Shown: positions 9,314-19,833 of the stretch, piece after piece
How the letters are laid out: every line of letters starts with the position of its first letter
Position numbering within the stretch: the stretch's first letter is position 1
NCBI GenBank assembly: GCA_965368905.1
Contig: CBDUOS010000002.1
Location: 1-57,257 of the forward strand
Source of the DNA: an uncultured Bdellovibrionales bacterium
GTDB taxonomy: Bacteria > Bdellovibrionota > Bdellovibrionia > Bdellovibrionales > JAGQZY01
Direction of reading: 5' to 3'
DNA: 57,257 nt
The notes under the pieces: generated by a model
What the model saw: the letters and a program-made list of their open reading frames with translations, nothing else
Databases searched by the model: none
What the model was told of the DNA's origin: nothing
Made by a program: the position numbers and the translations under genes

Positions 9314-10440
9314 CTCGAATGTTTTTGATGCTTTCAATGCTTATTTTCTTTGTGGGTTGCGCTCAGGCTCCGCAGAAGAAAGAAAATTTAGGTCTTAAAT
9401 ATCCGGTGGAACTGCAAAAAGTCCAAGAACTACTCAAAGTGAACAAGACAGCAGATGCTCGGCTTCAGATCGAAGACTATTTGAATAAGGCGGAAAATAT
9501 TCATTGGTATGGGCACGCTTACTTCTTGCGAGGCTTTCTTTACGAATTGGATGAGGATTACGAGAACTCAATTAAAGGCTATCGTGCAGCCATCCAACAT
9601 GGCTCTCAGTATGAAAGTCGAGTGGAAGCTAAGGCCCTTTACAACCTTTCGTTTGTTTATGAAAAATTGGACCAAAGGAAAGAGTTGTTGATTTCATTGA
9701 TTGACCTAATGAAGCGCCAACAGTTTTTTGATCGGTTGACGGGACAAGTTGAGATTCCAGCTCGCCTAGCGGCGGCTTATGCTTCGCAAGGAAAGATGAA
9801 AGAGGCATTAACTTTTCACGGAGAGGCTAAGTACAACTACAACCGCCTGATTCGTGGACAAAGGTATCCCTATGAGAAATCAGAGATAAGTAAGTCTCTT
9901 TATTATTTAGGCTTTGCTACTTTTGATGAAAACAATGAACCTTTTACACATCTTGCAAAGAAATTAACAGTGGGACAGAAGTACTTTTTAGAATCGGCAG
10001 AGGCTTCTAACTCCACATGGTCTGAGAAGTCGGTGGAGCGTTTGAAGGCCCTCTACGACAAAGCCTGGGGTATGGTATTACAGTATCAGCCCAAGGACTT
10101 TGACCACGATCCCTTGGCCAAAAAGAAGCAGCGTCATAGAAAGCAACTTGTGATGGCGTCTGAACTCTATGACCTCATGCATGTGTTACGAGCACAAGAA
10201 TTTCCTATGAGCGATGTGAATGCCCGTTCTAAGGCGATTGTTGATGTGACCGGGAAATGGATTGATAAAATAGAAAAGTTTGCTCTGACTTTGAGTGTTG
10301 GTCCAGAAACTGTTCGAACAAAAAGAGTTAAAAACACTCGGTTGGCCCAGTATGTAGAAGAAGAGAAGCAGAAGGTAGAAGTGAACAAGGAAAAGACTTT
10401 GCCGAATAAGAAGGATATTGGTAAAGATCCTAATCTATGA
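9310..10440 (+). CDS. Lipoprotein, helical/TPR-like, unknown function
   Basis: Signal peptide with lipobox FFVGC; helical repeat-like sequence. Start and stop overlap both flanking genes (ATGA junctions). Confidence 0.6.
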   Translation: MTRMFLMLSMLIFFVGCAQAPQKKENLGLKYPVELQKVQELLKVNKTADARLQIEDYLNKAENIHWYGHAYFLRGFLYELDEDYENSIKGYRAAIQHGSQYESRVEAKALYNLSFVYEKLDQRKELLISLIDLMKRQQFFDRLTGQVEIPARLAAAYASQGKMKEALTFHGEAKYNYNRLIRGQRYPYEKSEISKSLYYLGFATFDENNEPFTHLAKKLTVGQKYFLESAEASNSTWSEKSVERLKALYDKAWGMVLQYQPKDFDHDPLAKKKQRHRKQLVMASELYDLMHVLRAQEFPMSDVNARSKAIVDVTGKWIDKIEKFALTLSVGPETVRTKRVKNTRLAQYVEEEKQKVEVNKEKTLPNKKDIGKDPNL

Positions 10441-11168
10441 TTAAACATATCATCAATGGCTTTTTTTCTCCCTTGCAGGGTTTCGGAATCATTCTCTCCA
10501 GCCCGAAGAATATCCTTTATGCATTGATACCCTTTTCAATTGGTCTTGTGGTTGTCAGTATTGGTTATTTCGCCGCATCAGCCTATCTCAATGAGTGGGT
10601 GGCCACCTGGACGCAAGATTCAAAATTTCTGCAGGATTGGGGATTTGTTAAAACCATAGTCGACATTTTTTTGGTGCTGGTGAGTTGGATATTGGTTTCC
10701 CTTCTAAACTTTTTGGCGGGGTACTTCTGTATCATCATTTTGGCAGGTCCTTTTTATGCTCTTATGGTCGAAAATATTTTTAAAAAGGAACTGCCGGACA
10801 AAGAGAAACGCAGTGATTTGAAGTTAATCTTTAACATGTTTCTTCTTGGGATTGGGAAAGCTTTCATTTTTTTAATCATTGGTGCGTTTTGCTTTTTGTT
10901 GAGTTTTGTTCCGGGGTTCAATTTGGCTGCCCCTCTGATTTTAACTTTAACGGTGGCCTTTGATTGTGCGGATTATGCATTTGAAGTGGACTTCTTAAAC
11001 CTCCGACAGAGGTTTCGATTTTTTGGAAAACATTTTTGGAATTTCTTTGGCCTGAGTTTGGCCGTGCTCTCGACCGGCTTGGTTCCTGGGTCCTTCTTTC
11101 TCCTCTTACCCGTCTTTATTTGTGGCGCTACAAAAATGTATATTCAACTTCAAGCCGAAACTGTATAG
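10437..11168 (+). CDS. CysZ/EI24-family membrane protein
   Basis: Polytopic, with motifs that align to E. coli CysZ: AGPFYALMVENIF (CysZ AAPFNGLLAEQLE), DCADYAFEVD (QYCDYPFDNH), PVFICGATKMY (PVAVCGATAMW). Confidence 0.65.
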   Translation: MIKHIINGFFSPLQGFGIILSSPKNILYALIPFSIGLVVVSIGYFAASAYLNEWVATWTQDSKFLQDWGFVKTIVDIFLVLVSWILVSLLNFLAGYFCIIILAGPFYALMVENIFKKELPDKEKRSDLKLIFNMFLLGIGKAFIFLIIGAFCFLLSFVPGFNLAAPLILTLTVAFDCADYAFEVDFLNLRQRFRFFGKHFWNFFGLSLAVLSTGLVPGSFFLLLPVFICGATKMYIQLQAETV

Positions 11169-11209
11169 TTAAGACCATTTTTAAAAGTTCTGAGATGCTG
11201 GGGTGAGTA

Positions 11210-12421
11210 ATGAAAGAAAGACTTCATAAGAAAATACTGAATCGTTGTGATGATTTACAGGCTTGGTACGACAAGCAGTTGGATGGTCAGTACGTTCCTT
11301 TTTACGCAAGCTTTGATCTTCGCGATGCCGGTTTTAAAATCGGAAATATTGATGGCAACATTTTTCCAGCAGGTTTCAATAATATTTGCCAAATGGACAA
11401 AGATTCGGCACCCGAGTTGGTCGAGTCATTTATGAAAAGACAGTTTCCAGATACAAAGCAGGTTCTCCTTTTAGCTGAAGATCATTTAAAGAACAGATTT
11501 TATTGGGAAAACGTCATCACACTTTCCGATCTTATGAGAGAGGCGGGTTTGGTCGTTGAAGTGGGAATGCTTTCAGAAGAGATCTCTGAATCTATTGAAC
11601 TGGAGTCGTTTTCAGGCAAGACAATTCAGGTTGAAAAAATTCACTCTGAAGCTGGACGTCTGATGACCTGTAAGGGGTTTCCTGACTTGGTGGTTTCGAA
11701 TAATGATTTTTCCAACGCTTATGAGCAGGTGGATTTTTCAAATACCACAATGACGCCTTTGCGAGAGTTGGGCTGGTGGAAACGCAAGAAACACCAATAT
11801 TTTGAATATTATAATCAACTGGCTGGAGAATTTGCGTATTTTCTTGAGGAAGACCCATGGCTGTTTCAAGTGACCACTAAACACTTCGAGAAATTTGATG
11901 TAAGCGATGATGCAAGCCGAAACCAGTTGGCCGAAAAAGTAGATAGTTTAATTGCGGAAATTCAAAAGAAGTATGACGAACATGATGTTAAAGAGGTCCC
12001 TGGAGTTTTTATAAAAAACAACTCTGGAACTTATGGATTGGGAGTCGTCAGTGCTACCAGTGGTGATGATATTCGCAACTGGAATTACAAATCGAAGAAG
12101 AAAATGAAAGCTGCCAAAGGTGGAGGCGGATTCACCGAACTGATTATTCAGGAGGGTGTCCCAACAGTTTTAAAAGATGAAGGTGCCACCGCTGAGCCGG
12201 TACTTTATATGTTGGGTGATGAACTCGCAGGTGGTTTTTTGAGAACCCATGAGAAAAAAGCCAGTAACGAAAGCTTAAACAGCCCCGGGGCCGTTTATAA
12301 ACGCCTTTGTCTTAGTGATTTAAAAGTGAGCGCTGAAGGTTGTCCTTTAGAAAATGTGTATGGCTGGGTAGCGAAGTTGGGGTTTTTAGCGATCAGCAGA
12401 GAGGCTGGCAAATTTAGATGA
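11210..12421 (+). CDS. gshA: Glutamate-cysteine ligase, GshA-type (Pfam GshA-like family)
   Basis: N-terminal VPFYASFDLRDAGFKIGNIDGNIFPAGFNN resembles, from memory, the proteobacterial GshA-type ligase family. 403 aa. Confidence 0.55.
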   Translation: MKERLHKKILNRCDDLQAWYDKQLDGQYVPFYASFDLRDAGFKIGNIDGNIFPAGFNNICQMDKDSAPELVESFMKRQFPDTKQVLLLAEDHLKNRFYWENVITLSDLMREAGLVVEVGMLSEEISESIELESFSGKTIQVEKIHSEAGRLMTCKGFPDLVVSNNDFSNAYEQVDFSNTTMTPLRELGWWKRKKHQYFEYYNQLAGEFAYFLEEDPWLFQVTTKHFEKFDVSDDASRNQLAEKVDSLIAEIQKKYDEHDVKEVPGVFIKNNSGTYGLGVVSATSGDDIRNWNYKSKKKMKAAKGGGGFTELIIQEGVPTVLKDEGATAEPVLYMLGDELAGGFLRTHEKKASNESLNSPGAVYKRLCLSDLKVSAEGCPLENVYGWVAKLGFLAISREAGKFR

Positions 12422-13002
12422 GCTCTGGAATTAAAGACAAGCCCAGTCCCACTTCTCTTTTTTTCCTATATGGAGTCTCTCTTTTCAATGTCTACCTGTA
12501 TACAGTTCTATCTATAGTTGTGATGCAAGTTTGGGGTTTGCCTTACCTGGCACTTTCTGAAACCCAACTGTTTAAAGATGCGCTTCTTATGTCAGTTCCC
12601 TTGTGGCCGCTGACAGTTTACGCTCTCACAAGAATGAACTTCACCGAGATGGATTCCCTCGGGGCGCGACGAGCTATGCTGAAGTTTATGGTGGTTCTTA
12701 TAGTGCTTGTGGGTAGTTACAGTTTCGGTTTTCTTTACCTCAACATCAATTTTGCTCCATCGGGACATCAATTGTGTTCGGGTGAAATTGTAAAAAAACG
12801 CAGAGTTAAGAAGAAGAAGGCTATCAGTCATCGTATAGTCATTCGCTGTGAAGTGGGTGAAGGTCGATCTTTTATAGTCGAAAAGCGTGTGAGCCCGCGT
12901 GAGTACGGGTACCTCACTGTCGGAGGGCTTCAGCCTCTTACTTATGTCGATGGGCTTTTGGGTGTGGACCTATTAGTGAGACACCAAGATGAGAATGAAT
13001 AA
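12418..13002 (+). CDS. Hypothetical membrane protein
   Basis: ATGA overlap with the gshA stop; 3-4 predicted TM helices followed by a basic soluble tail. No family recognised. Confidence 0.45.
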   Translation: MSSGIKDKPSPTSLFFLYGVSLFNVYLYTVLSIVVMQVWGLPYLALSETQLFKDALLMSVPLWPLTVYALTRMNFTEMDSLGARRAMLKFMVVLIVLVGSYSFGFLYLNINFAPSGHQLCSGEIVKKRRVKKKKAISHRIVIRCEVGEGRSFIVEKRVSPREYGYLTVGGLQPLTYVDGLLGVDLLVRHQDENE

Positions 13003-13008
13003 CCTATT

Positions 13009-13419
13009 TTAGGAAGCTTGGATTAAAATCATTATCCATAGTGCTAGTACTAAAAATGCCCCCGCGAAAAAGACCCCGGCTCGCATCAGAACAACATTGA
13101 TATTAATGTGGATATAACTGTGGAGAAGACGACTGAGCACAAAGGTTGCTGCGGTCGCGACAAAATAGGGACCGACTGCCTGAAAATACAAAGCCGTCAC
13201 ACAGGTTACTAAGAAAATAACTGGAAGTTGAAATTGGTTATTAAAGTTGTTGCCAATTCGAGCAATATCTTCAGGGACATCCCCTTCATAAAGTTTGAAG
13301 TAACCACCTCGCATTCGTTTGTTTTTCACAGCTTGAAACCTTTTAACAAACATATAAAGGCCCAATCCTAGAATGAATGCGTAGTAAAAGGCCATAATGG
13401 CGAGGAGTGTACTTTCCAT
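13009..13419 (-). CDS. MAPEG-family membrane protein (glutathione-transferase-like superfamily)
   Basis: 136 aa with four hydrophobic segments; RIGNNFNNQFQLPVIF and LSRLLHSYIHI resemble the MAPEG/YecN pattern. The start shares a TAATG junction with the pepA stop. Confidence 0.5.
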   Translation of the reverse strand: MESTLLAIMAFYYAFILGLGLYMFVKRFQAVKNKRMRGGYFKLYEGDVPEDIARIGNNFNNQFQLPVIFLVTCVTALYFQAVGPYFVATAATFVLSRLLHSYIHININVVLMRAGVFFAGAFLVLALWIMILIQAS

Positions 13420-14888
13420 TATTTGTGGTTCCGAGCCATTTGCGTAAATGTGCGAACCATGACTCCACTTGCTCCTTTGCTAGGTGCATAGGAAAGCCGA
13501 TTACCGGCGTGCCAAGCTGTTCCTGCAACATCAAAGTGAACCCATGGAATCTCTTTTTCCACAAAGTTTTGCAGAAAAGCGGCGGCGGTTGCACTTCCAG
13601 CCCCTCGAGAGGGTGCCAGGTTGGTAAGATCGGCATAAGTGCCCTTCATGTCTTTCGAGTGATGATCACATAGTGGCATCGGCCAAACCTGTTCACCCGT
13701 TTGATCGGCGGCCTTTTGTACAACAGTCGTCATCTTTTTGTTTCTTGTGTAAAAACCTGTGTGGATGTTTCCGAGTGCAATCACCATAGCCCCAGTGAGG
13801 GTGGCGGCGTCGCAAATCCAAGCCGGCTTTTTCTCGCTGGCGTAACACAAAGCATCTGCCAAAATGAGTCGGCCTTCGGCGTCTGTGTTGTTCACCTCAA
13901 TCGATTTTCCATTTCTGGCTTTTCGAATATCTCCAGGTTTGTTGGCAGAGGGGCCAGGCATATTTTCGCTGGCAGGCACAAACGCAATCACGTTCACTTT
14001 TAATTTTAGTTCAGCAATGGCTTTCATGGCACCGATCACGGCGGCTCCGCCCTGCATATCATATTTCATTTCTTCCATTCCGGCAGAAGGCTTGATGCTG
14101 ATTCCGCCAGCGTCGAAAGTCAGGCCTTTTCCAACGAAACAAACAGGTTTCTTGGAAGCTGCAGCTCCCTTGTATTCCATGACGATAAATCTTGGTTCCT
14201 GGTCGCTACCGTTAGAGACTCCAATCAGTGAATCCATTTTCTCTTTGGCGATCTTGTCCTTATTCCAAGCCATGACCTTCATTTTTGTACCTTTGGCCGC
14301 TTTCTTTGCTTCTTCAGCCAGTTGAGTGGGGTTCATGAAGTTTCCGGGGCAGTCTCCCAGCCAGCGAGCAAAGTTAACGGCGTCACCTAAGATCTGGCCT
14401 TCGCTCAGTGCGTTTTTCAAGGCAGCACTGGTTTTTTTGACGGTGTAACTAAGAACAAATTCTGGGGTTGGTTTCTTTGGAGCTTTCTTGAAAGTATCAA
14501 ATTTGTAATTGGCCATGGTGAAGGCTTCAGTCATTGCTCCCAGCGCTTTGGCTTTATCTTTCAGAGGTAAAGACTCAACGGCGATGGTGAATTGGAAAAC
14601 TTTCTCGGACTTCAGCTTTTTGTAAATCTTTCCGGTCAGTTCACGTAAACTTTCTTCATTGAGGGCTTTGTCACCCAGGCAAACAAACAGTTTGTGGCCA
14701 GATTCTGCGTTTCGATAGAATACCATTTCTCCGAATGAGGCAGAGAGCGTGTCATCACTGAACTGTTGGCGCACATCAGCGGCGCACTGTGAGTCAGCGC
14801 ATCCACAAAAATTTAACTTATTATTTTTTTTGCTATAAAAACAAACTTTGTTGGCTGAGATCGATTTGCCATTTAAACTGAATTTCAT
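13419..14888 (-). CDS. pepA: Leucyl/cytosol aminopeptidase (M17)
   Basis: M17 signature NTDAEGRLILADAL, plus VGKGLTFDAGGISIKP and MKYDMQGGAAV. Confidence 0.9.
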   Translation of the reverse strand: MKFSLNGKSISANKVCFYSKKNNKLNFCGCADSQCAADVRQQFSDDTLSASFGEMVFYRNAESGHKLFVCLGDKALNEESLRELTGKIYKKLKSEKVFQFTIAVESLPLKDKAKALGAMTEAFTMANYKFDTFKKAPKKPTPEFVLSYTVKKTSAALKNALSEGQILGDAVNFARWLGDCPGNFMNPTQLAEEAKKAAKGTKMKVMAWNKDKIAKEKMDSLIGVSNGSDQEPRFIVMEYKGAAASKKPVCFVGKGLTFDAGGISIKPSAGMEEMKYDMQGGAAVIGAMKAIAELKLKVNVIAFVPASENMPGPSANKPGDIRKARNGKSIEVNNTDAEGRLILADALCYASEKKPAWICDAATLTGAMVIALGNIHTGFYTRNKKMTTVVQKAADQTGEQVWPMPLCDHHSKDMKGTYADLTNLAPSRGAGSATAAAFLQNFVEKEIPWVHFDVAGTAWHAGNRLSYAPSKGASGVMVRTFTQMARNHK

Positions 14889-15111
14889 CTTGATCCTCTC
14901 CTACGATAAACTGGGAAATATGACACGCTTGTTGTTGGGACAAAAGTCTAGAGCCCATTAATTATAGTGCGCGTTAAAGAGGGTTACCATAGGTCTAGTA
15001 TCAAGAGAAGGGATTTTCTGTTAAGTGAAACCCAAAAAAGCCCGATGAGAAGCTTGTCAAAACGAAAAATGGATACATAGTGAACTATGGCCCATTGCCC
15101 AAAGGAGAATC

Positions 15112-15723
15112 ATGAGTACTTTAGTTCCAGTCGTCATTGAGCAAACACCTCGTGGAGAGAGAAGTTACGATATTTATTCCCGTCTTTTAAAAGACAGAAT
15201 TATTCTAATTGGCACTCCTATTAATTCAGCAGTGGCAAATAACGTGATTGCTCAGATGTTATTCCTAGAGGCCGACAATCCGGATAAAGACATTCAGATT
15301 TATATCAATTCTCCCGGAGGCAGCGTTTGGGATGGTTTGGGTATTTACGACATCATGCAGTTTGTTAAATGTGATGTTGCCACCACTTGTATCGGCATGG
15401 CTGCGAGTATGGGTTCACTTTTGTTAACCGCAGGCACTAAAGGTAAGCGCTTTGTGCTGCCGAATGCTCAGGTGATGATTCACCAACCACTCATTAGTGG
15501 CGGTTTGGCAGGGCAGGCCAGTGACATCGAAATCCAGGCCAAAAACCTGATGCGGACCAAAGAGCGCCTGACTAAGATCTATCAGGAGCACACGGGTCAA
15601 GATTACGATATTTTGGAGAAAGCCATGGATCGAGACAATTACATGACAGCCAACCAAGCACTTGAGTTCGGTCTTGTAGATAAAGTTGTAGAAACTAGAA
15701 AAGAAAGTGGGAAAGGTTCGTAA
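15112..15723 (+). CDS. clpP: ATP-dependent Clp protease proteolytic subunit
   Basis: [16 protein letters not shown], active-site context [11 protein letters not shown] and MIHQP. GGAGAA SD. Confidence 0.95.
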   Translation: MSTLVPVVIEQTPRGERSYDIYSRLLKDRIILIGTPINSAVANNVIAQMLFLEADNPDKDIQIYINSPGGSVWDGLGIYDIMQFVKCDVATTCIGMAASMGSLLLTAGTKGKRFVLPNAQVMIHQPLISGGLAGQASDIEIQAKNLMRTKERLTKIYQEHTGQDYDILEKAMDRDNYMTANQALEFGLVDKVVETRKESGKGS

Positions 15724-17021
15724 TGAGTCGTAGAGAAGGTTCATCCAGCTTATTAAGATGTAGTTTTTGTGGAAAAAGTCAGAATGAGGTAAAAAAGCTG
15801 ATTGCTGGCCCAGGTGTGTATATCTGTGACGAGTGTATAGATTTGTGTACAGATATTATTGAAGAGGAGAAAGACCGCGAGGAAAGCTCCAGCACCCAGT
15901 TCAAGGTTCCAAAGCCAAAAGATATTAAGGATCACTTGGATGATTATGTGATTGGGCAAGAGTCGGCAAAAAGATCTTTAGCTGTGGCTGTTCACAATCA
16001 TTACAAGAGAATCAACAACACTCGTAAGAAAGATGACATTGAAATTGCAAAAAGTAATATTCTTTTAATTGGTCCGACAGGGTCAGGGAAAACCTATTTA
16101 GCCCAGACCATTGCGAAGATTTTGAATGTTCCCTTTGCTATGGCTGATGCCACCGCTTTGACTGAGGCGGGTTATGTGGGAGAAGACGTAGAAAATGTCA
16201 TCCTCAATCTTTTACAGTCAGCAGACTACGACGTTGAAAAATGTCAACGTGGGGTCATCTATATCGATGAAATTGATAAGATCACACGAAAATCCGAGAA
16301 CCCATCCATCACTCGTGATGTGAGCGGTGAAGGTGTCCAGCAAGCTCTACTTAAAATTCTTGAAGGGACTGTGGCCAACTTACCACCCAAAGGTGGCAGA
16401 AAGCATCCTCAGCAAGAGTTTATTCAAGTGGACACCTCCAACATTTTATTCATTTGTGGAGGAGCTTTTGTTGGTCTTGAAAAGATCGTGGAAAACCGCC
16501 TTTCAAATAAATCTCTTGGGATCACAGCAGAAATCAAGAGCTCTAAAGAGAAGGAAGATGAGGGGCATGCCAGCCTGAAAAAACTTCAACCAGAAGATTT
16601 GTCACGTTTTGGCTTGATTCCAGAATTCATTGGCCGCTTGCCAGTGATTTCGGTCCTCGACCAGCTTGAGCAGGACGCATTAGTAGAAATTTTGGTCAAG
16701 CCAAAAAATGCTTTAATCAAGCAGTATCAGAAATTATTTTCCTATGAAAACGTAGACCTAAAGTTTACGGAAGAGGCTCTGGCAGCCATTGCCAAACTGG
16801 CACTCGACCGAAAGACAGGGGCGCGGGGGCTGCGTGGAGTAATTGAACATGCAATGCTAGACATCATGTACGAAATTCCTTCCAAGCAGAACGTCAAAGA
16901 ATGTATAATTGATGATAAGGTGATCCGCGGCGAAGCGGAGCCAAAATTGATCTTCGGGACGCCCACATCAAAAGAACCCAAGTCGAAAGATAAGGGGACG
17001 GGGTCAGCTGAAAGCGCCTAG
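15723..17021 (+). CDS. clpX: ATP-dependent Clp protease ATP-binding subunit ClpX
   Basis: N-terminal zinc module CSFCGK...CDEC, Walker [23 protein letters not shown] junction with clpP. Confidence 0.95.
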   Translation: MSRREGSSSLLRCSFCGKSQNEVKKLIAGPGVYICDECIDLCTDIIEEEKDREESSSTQFKVPKPKDIKDHLDDYVIGQESAKRSLAVAVHNHYKRINNTRKKDDIEIAKSNILLIGPTGSGKTYLAQTIAKILNVPFAMADATALTEAGYVGEDVENVILNLLQSADYDVEKCQRGVIYIDEIDKITRKSENPSITRDVSGEGVQQALLKILEGTVANLPPKGGRKHPQQEFIQVDTSNILFICGGAFVGLEKIVENRLSNKSLGITAEIKSSKEKEDEGHASLKKLQPEDLSRFGLIPEFIGRLPVISVLDQLEQDALVEILVKPKNALIKQYQKLFSYENVDLKFTEEALAAIAKLALDRKTGARGLRGVIEHAMLDIMYEIPSKQNVKECIIDDKVIRGEAEPKLIFGTPTSKEPKSKDKGTGSAESA

Positions 17022-17064
17022 ATAATTTCTGTCTCGTAGGTCAATCCAACTAAGGAGGAGACCT

Positions 17065-19551
17065 ATGAGTCAGGACAAACCAAAAACAGCAGATCTTCCA
17101 TTGCTGCCACTGCGAGATCTGATCATATTTCCTCATATGATGATGCCCTTATTTGTGGGCCGAGAAAAAAGCATCAATGCTCTTGAGGAGGCGATGACCA
17201 AGCAAACTGATATTGTCTTGGTGGCGCAAAAAGATGCAAAGACCAACACTCCCACAGTGGACGATATTTACAAGATTGGTACCGTCGGTTCGATCATTCA
17301 ACTTTTGCGGCTTCCTGATGGAACAGTGAAGGTTTTGATCGAGGGCAAAACTCGTGTTGAGGTAAAAAAGTTTTTGGAAGAAGACTCTTTTTACAAAGTT
17401 CAAGTGGACTATCTTAAAGATGACAATGTTGATGACCTTGAAGCACAAGCTTTGATTCGCTCTGTAAAAACCACGTTTGAAAAATACGTTAAACTGAATA
17501 AGCGAATTCCTCCTGAAATTTTGATGCGTGTTTCGAGTATTGATTCATCGGGTGAGTTGGCTGACATCATCGTTGCTCAATTGAATTTGAAGATTGAAGA
17601 CAAGCAGCGGCTTCTAGAAGTCGTTAATCCAGTGACTCGTCTGGAAGAGCTTTTGGGTCTTATGACAGGTGAGATTGAGATTCTTGAAGTTGAAAAGAAA
17701 ATTCGTTCGCGCGTGAAGCGACAAATGGAAAAGTCGCAAAAAGAATACTATCTGAATGAGCAAATGCAGGCCATCCAAAAAGAGTTGGGTGACAAAGACG
17801 ACTACCAGAATGAATTGATGGAGTTGGAAGAGAAAGCTCGCAAAAAGAAAATGACAAAAGAGGCTCGAGAGAGAGTTCAGAAAGAGATTAAAAAACTCAA
17901 GATGATGTCACCGATGAGTGCGGAAGCCACGGTTGTTCGCAATTATATAGACTGGATGCTGGCATTGCCTTGGGCCGAATACGGTGAAGAAAGAAAAGAT
18001 TTAGAGTACGCCGAAAAAGTCTTGAATGACGATCACTGGGGGCTAGAGAAGGTTAAAGAGAGAATTCTGGAGCATATTGCAGTTCGTTGCTTGTCTGATG
18101 AGATCAGTGGGCCGATTCTTTGTTTGGTAGGACCTCCTGGTGTTGGTAAGACATCTTTGGCTAAGTCAGTGGCGAAATCATTGAATCGTGAGTTTGCTCG
18201 GATCTCCCTGGGTGGGGTTCGTGATGAGGCTGAAATTCGTGGACACAGAAGAACCTATGTTGGAGCCATGCCGGGTAAAATTCTGCAAGCTTTGCGTAAG
18301 GTGGATAAAGGGAATCCTCTTCTTTTACTTGATGAAATTGATAAGATGTCCAATGACTTCAAAGGTGACCCTAGCGCAGCCATGCTTGAAGTCTTGGATC
18401 CAGAGCAAAACTCTACCTTTCAAGATCATTATTTAGAGGTGGAATATGACCTATCGAAAGTCATGTTTTTTACCACAGCAAACTCATTGCACACGATTCC
18501 ACGCCCGCTGTTGGATCGTATGGAGATCATTTCACTGGAAGGTTACATCGATAGTGAGAAATTCAATATTGCAAAGAAATACTTAGTGCCCAAGCAGCTC
18601 AAAAAGCACGGTTTGAAAGATTACAATGTGACCTTTGCAGATGCTGCAATTAAAGAACTCATTCGTTTCTACACGCGAGAGGCTGGAGTGAGAAATCTAG
18701 AGCGCCAAATTGCCAATTGCTGCCGTAAGGTGGCCAAAGAAATTATTCGTGCCAATGAGATTTCAAAAATGAGTTCAGACGCGAAGAAATCGAAGAAGAA
18801 AACGACCAAGCGCACAAAAGTGAAAAGTCAGTCGCGTAAGAAATCTTATCCAATCAATGCGAAAAAAGTAGTGGAGCTTTTAGGTCCCCATAAATACAAG
18901 CACGGTAAAATCGAGGCCGACAATGAGATCGGCTTGACCAACGGAATGGCTTACACCGAAGTGGGAGGAGATCTTCTTCCTGTGGAAGCAACAGTGGTTC
19001 CAGGTCGCGGAAAATTTACTATCACTGGTCAGCTAGGCGATGTGATGAAAGAGTCTTGTACAGCAGCATTGAGTTATGTGCGTTCGCGAGGCCCGTTGTT
19101 CGCTCTAGATAAAGACTTCTTCTTTAACATTGACGTTCATATCCATGTTCCTGAAGGCGCAACTCCGAAAGATGGACCCTCGGCAGGGTGTGCTCTCACG
19201 ACGAGTATTGTATCGGCGGTGACTAAGATTCCGGTTAAGAAAACAGTGGCGATGACTGGTGAGATCACCTTGCGTGGTCGAGTGTTGGCCATTGGTGGTC
19301 TTAAGGAAAAAGTGCTAGCAGCTCATCGGGGCGGGATCAAAACCATCATTGCTCCGAAAGAAAACGAAAAAGACTTTAAGGACATTCCGCAAGAGGTCCT
19401 TAAAGAGTTGAAAATCGTTTTGGTGGACCATGTGGACCAAGTATTGATACATGCCCTTGATATCAAAAATGCCAAGGAACTGTTCAAAGCACGCCGTGAT
19501 ACGGACCTCGGATTGAAAGCCAAGTACACTGGTCATAGCTTGTACCACTAG
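17065..19551 (+). CDS. lon: Lon protease
   Basis: LON N-domain, Walker [18 protein letters not shown], catalytic [17 protein letters not shown]. Confidence 0.95.
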   Translation: MSQDKPKTADLPLLPLRDLIIFPHMMMPLFVGREKSINALEEAMTKQTDIVLVAQKDAKTNTPTVDDIYKIGTVGSIIQLLRLPDGTVKVLIEGKTRVEVKKFLEEDSFYKVQVDYLKDDNVDDLEAQALIRSVKTTFEKYVKLNKRIPPEILMRVSSIDSSGELADIIVAQLNLKIEDKQRLLEVVNPVTRLEELLGLMTGEIEILEVEKKIRSRVKRQMEKSQKEYYLNEQMQAIQKELGDKDDYQNELMELEEKARKKKMTKEARERVQKEIKKLKMMSPMSAEATVVRNYIDWMLALPWAEYGEERKDLEYAEKVLNDDHWGLEKVKERILEHIAVRCLSDEISGPILCLVGPPGVGKTSLAKSVAKSLNREFARISLGGVRDEAEIRGHRRTYVGAMPGKILQALRKVDKGNPLLLLDEIDKMSNDFKGDPSAAMLEVLDPEQNSTFQDHYLEVEYDLSKVMFFTTANSLHTIPRPLLDRMEIISLEGYIDSEKFNIAKKYLVPKQLKKHGLKDYNVTFADAAIKELIRFYTREAGVRNLERQIANCCRKVAKEIIRANEISKMSSDAKKSKKKTTKRTKVKSQSRKKSYPINAKKVVELLGPHKYKHGKIEADNEIGLTNGMAYTEVGGDLLPVEATVVPGRGKFTITGQLGDVMKESCTAALSYVRSRGPLFALDKDFFFNIDVHIHVPEGATPKDGPSAGCALTTSIVSAVTKIPVKKTVAMTGEITLRGRVLAIGGLKEKVLAAHRGGIKTIIAPKENEKDFKDIPQEVLKELKIVLVDHVDQVLIHALDIKNAKELFKARRDTDLGLKAKYTGHSLYH

Positions 19552-19596
19552 CCATTCGAGCCTGATTAAAGTCTCATCAAACATATCAGAAAGCCC

Positions 19597-19627
19597 AAAA
19601 GGCAGGTTTTAAATACCTGCCTTTTTC
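19597..19627 (+). terminator. Rho-independent terminator after lon
   Basis: Stem GGCAGGT (19601-19607) pairs with ACCTGCC (19615-19621) around a 7-nt loop, flanked by an A-run and followed by TTTTT. Confidence 0.75.
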
Positions 19628-19833
19628 ATTAGCAAGTGGCTTTTTTGACACATTTGTAGAATTTTGCAAAACCTACAGACTCCCGCTCGGTAGCGGCTTA
19701 CGCGCCTAACCCTGAAATTCCTGAGTGATACTATGTAATTAATGCAAAACGTCATTAAGGGGATTTAAGAAGTTGAAATTTTTTCGTCGATCATGGACTA
19801 TGCTAGGCGAATGTACCGTGGGGGCGGGAAGAT

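Noticed and set aside
13864-14325. Long ORFs antisense to confident genes. Examples are 13864-14325 opposite pepA, 6329-6622 opposite tig, 52766-53035 and 52804-53112 opposite ybaB, 28206-28611 opposite the radical SAM gene, 35967-36377, 44213-44710, 53348-53731 and 19739-20044.
   Set aside because: They lie fully inside genes with strong family motifs on the other strand, lack SD sequences, and have low-complexity or odd composition. They are typical shadow ORFs.
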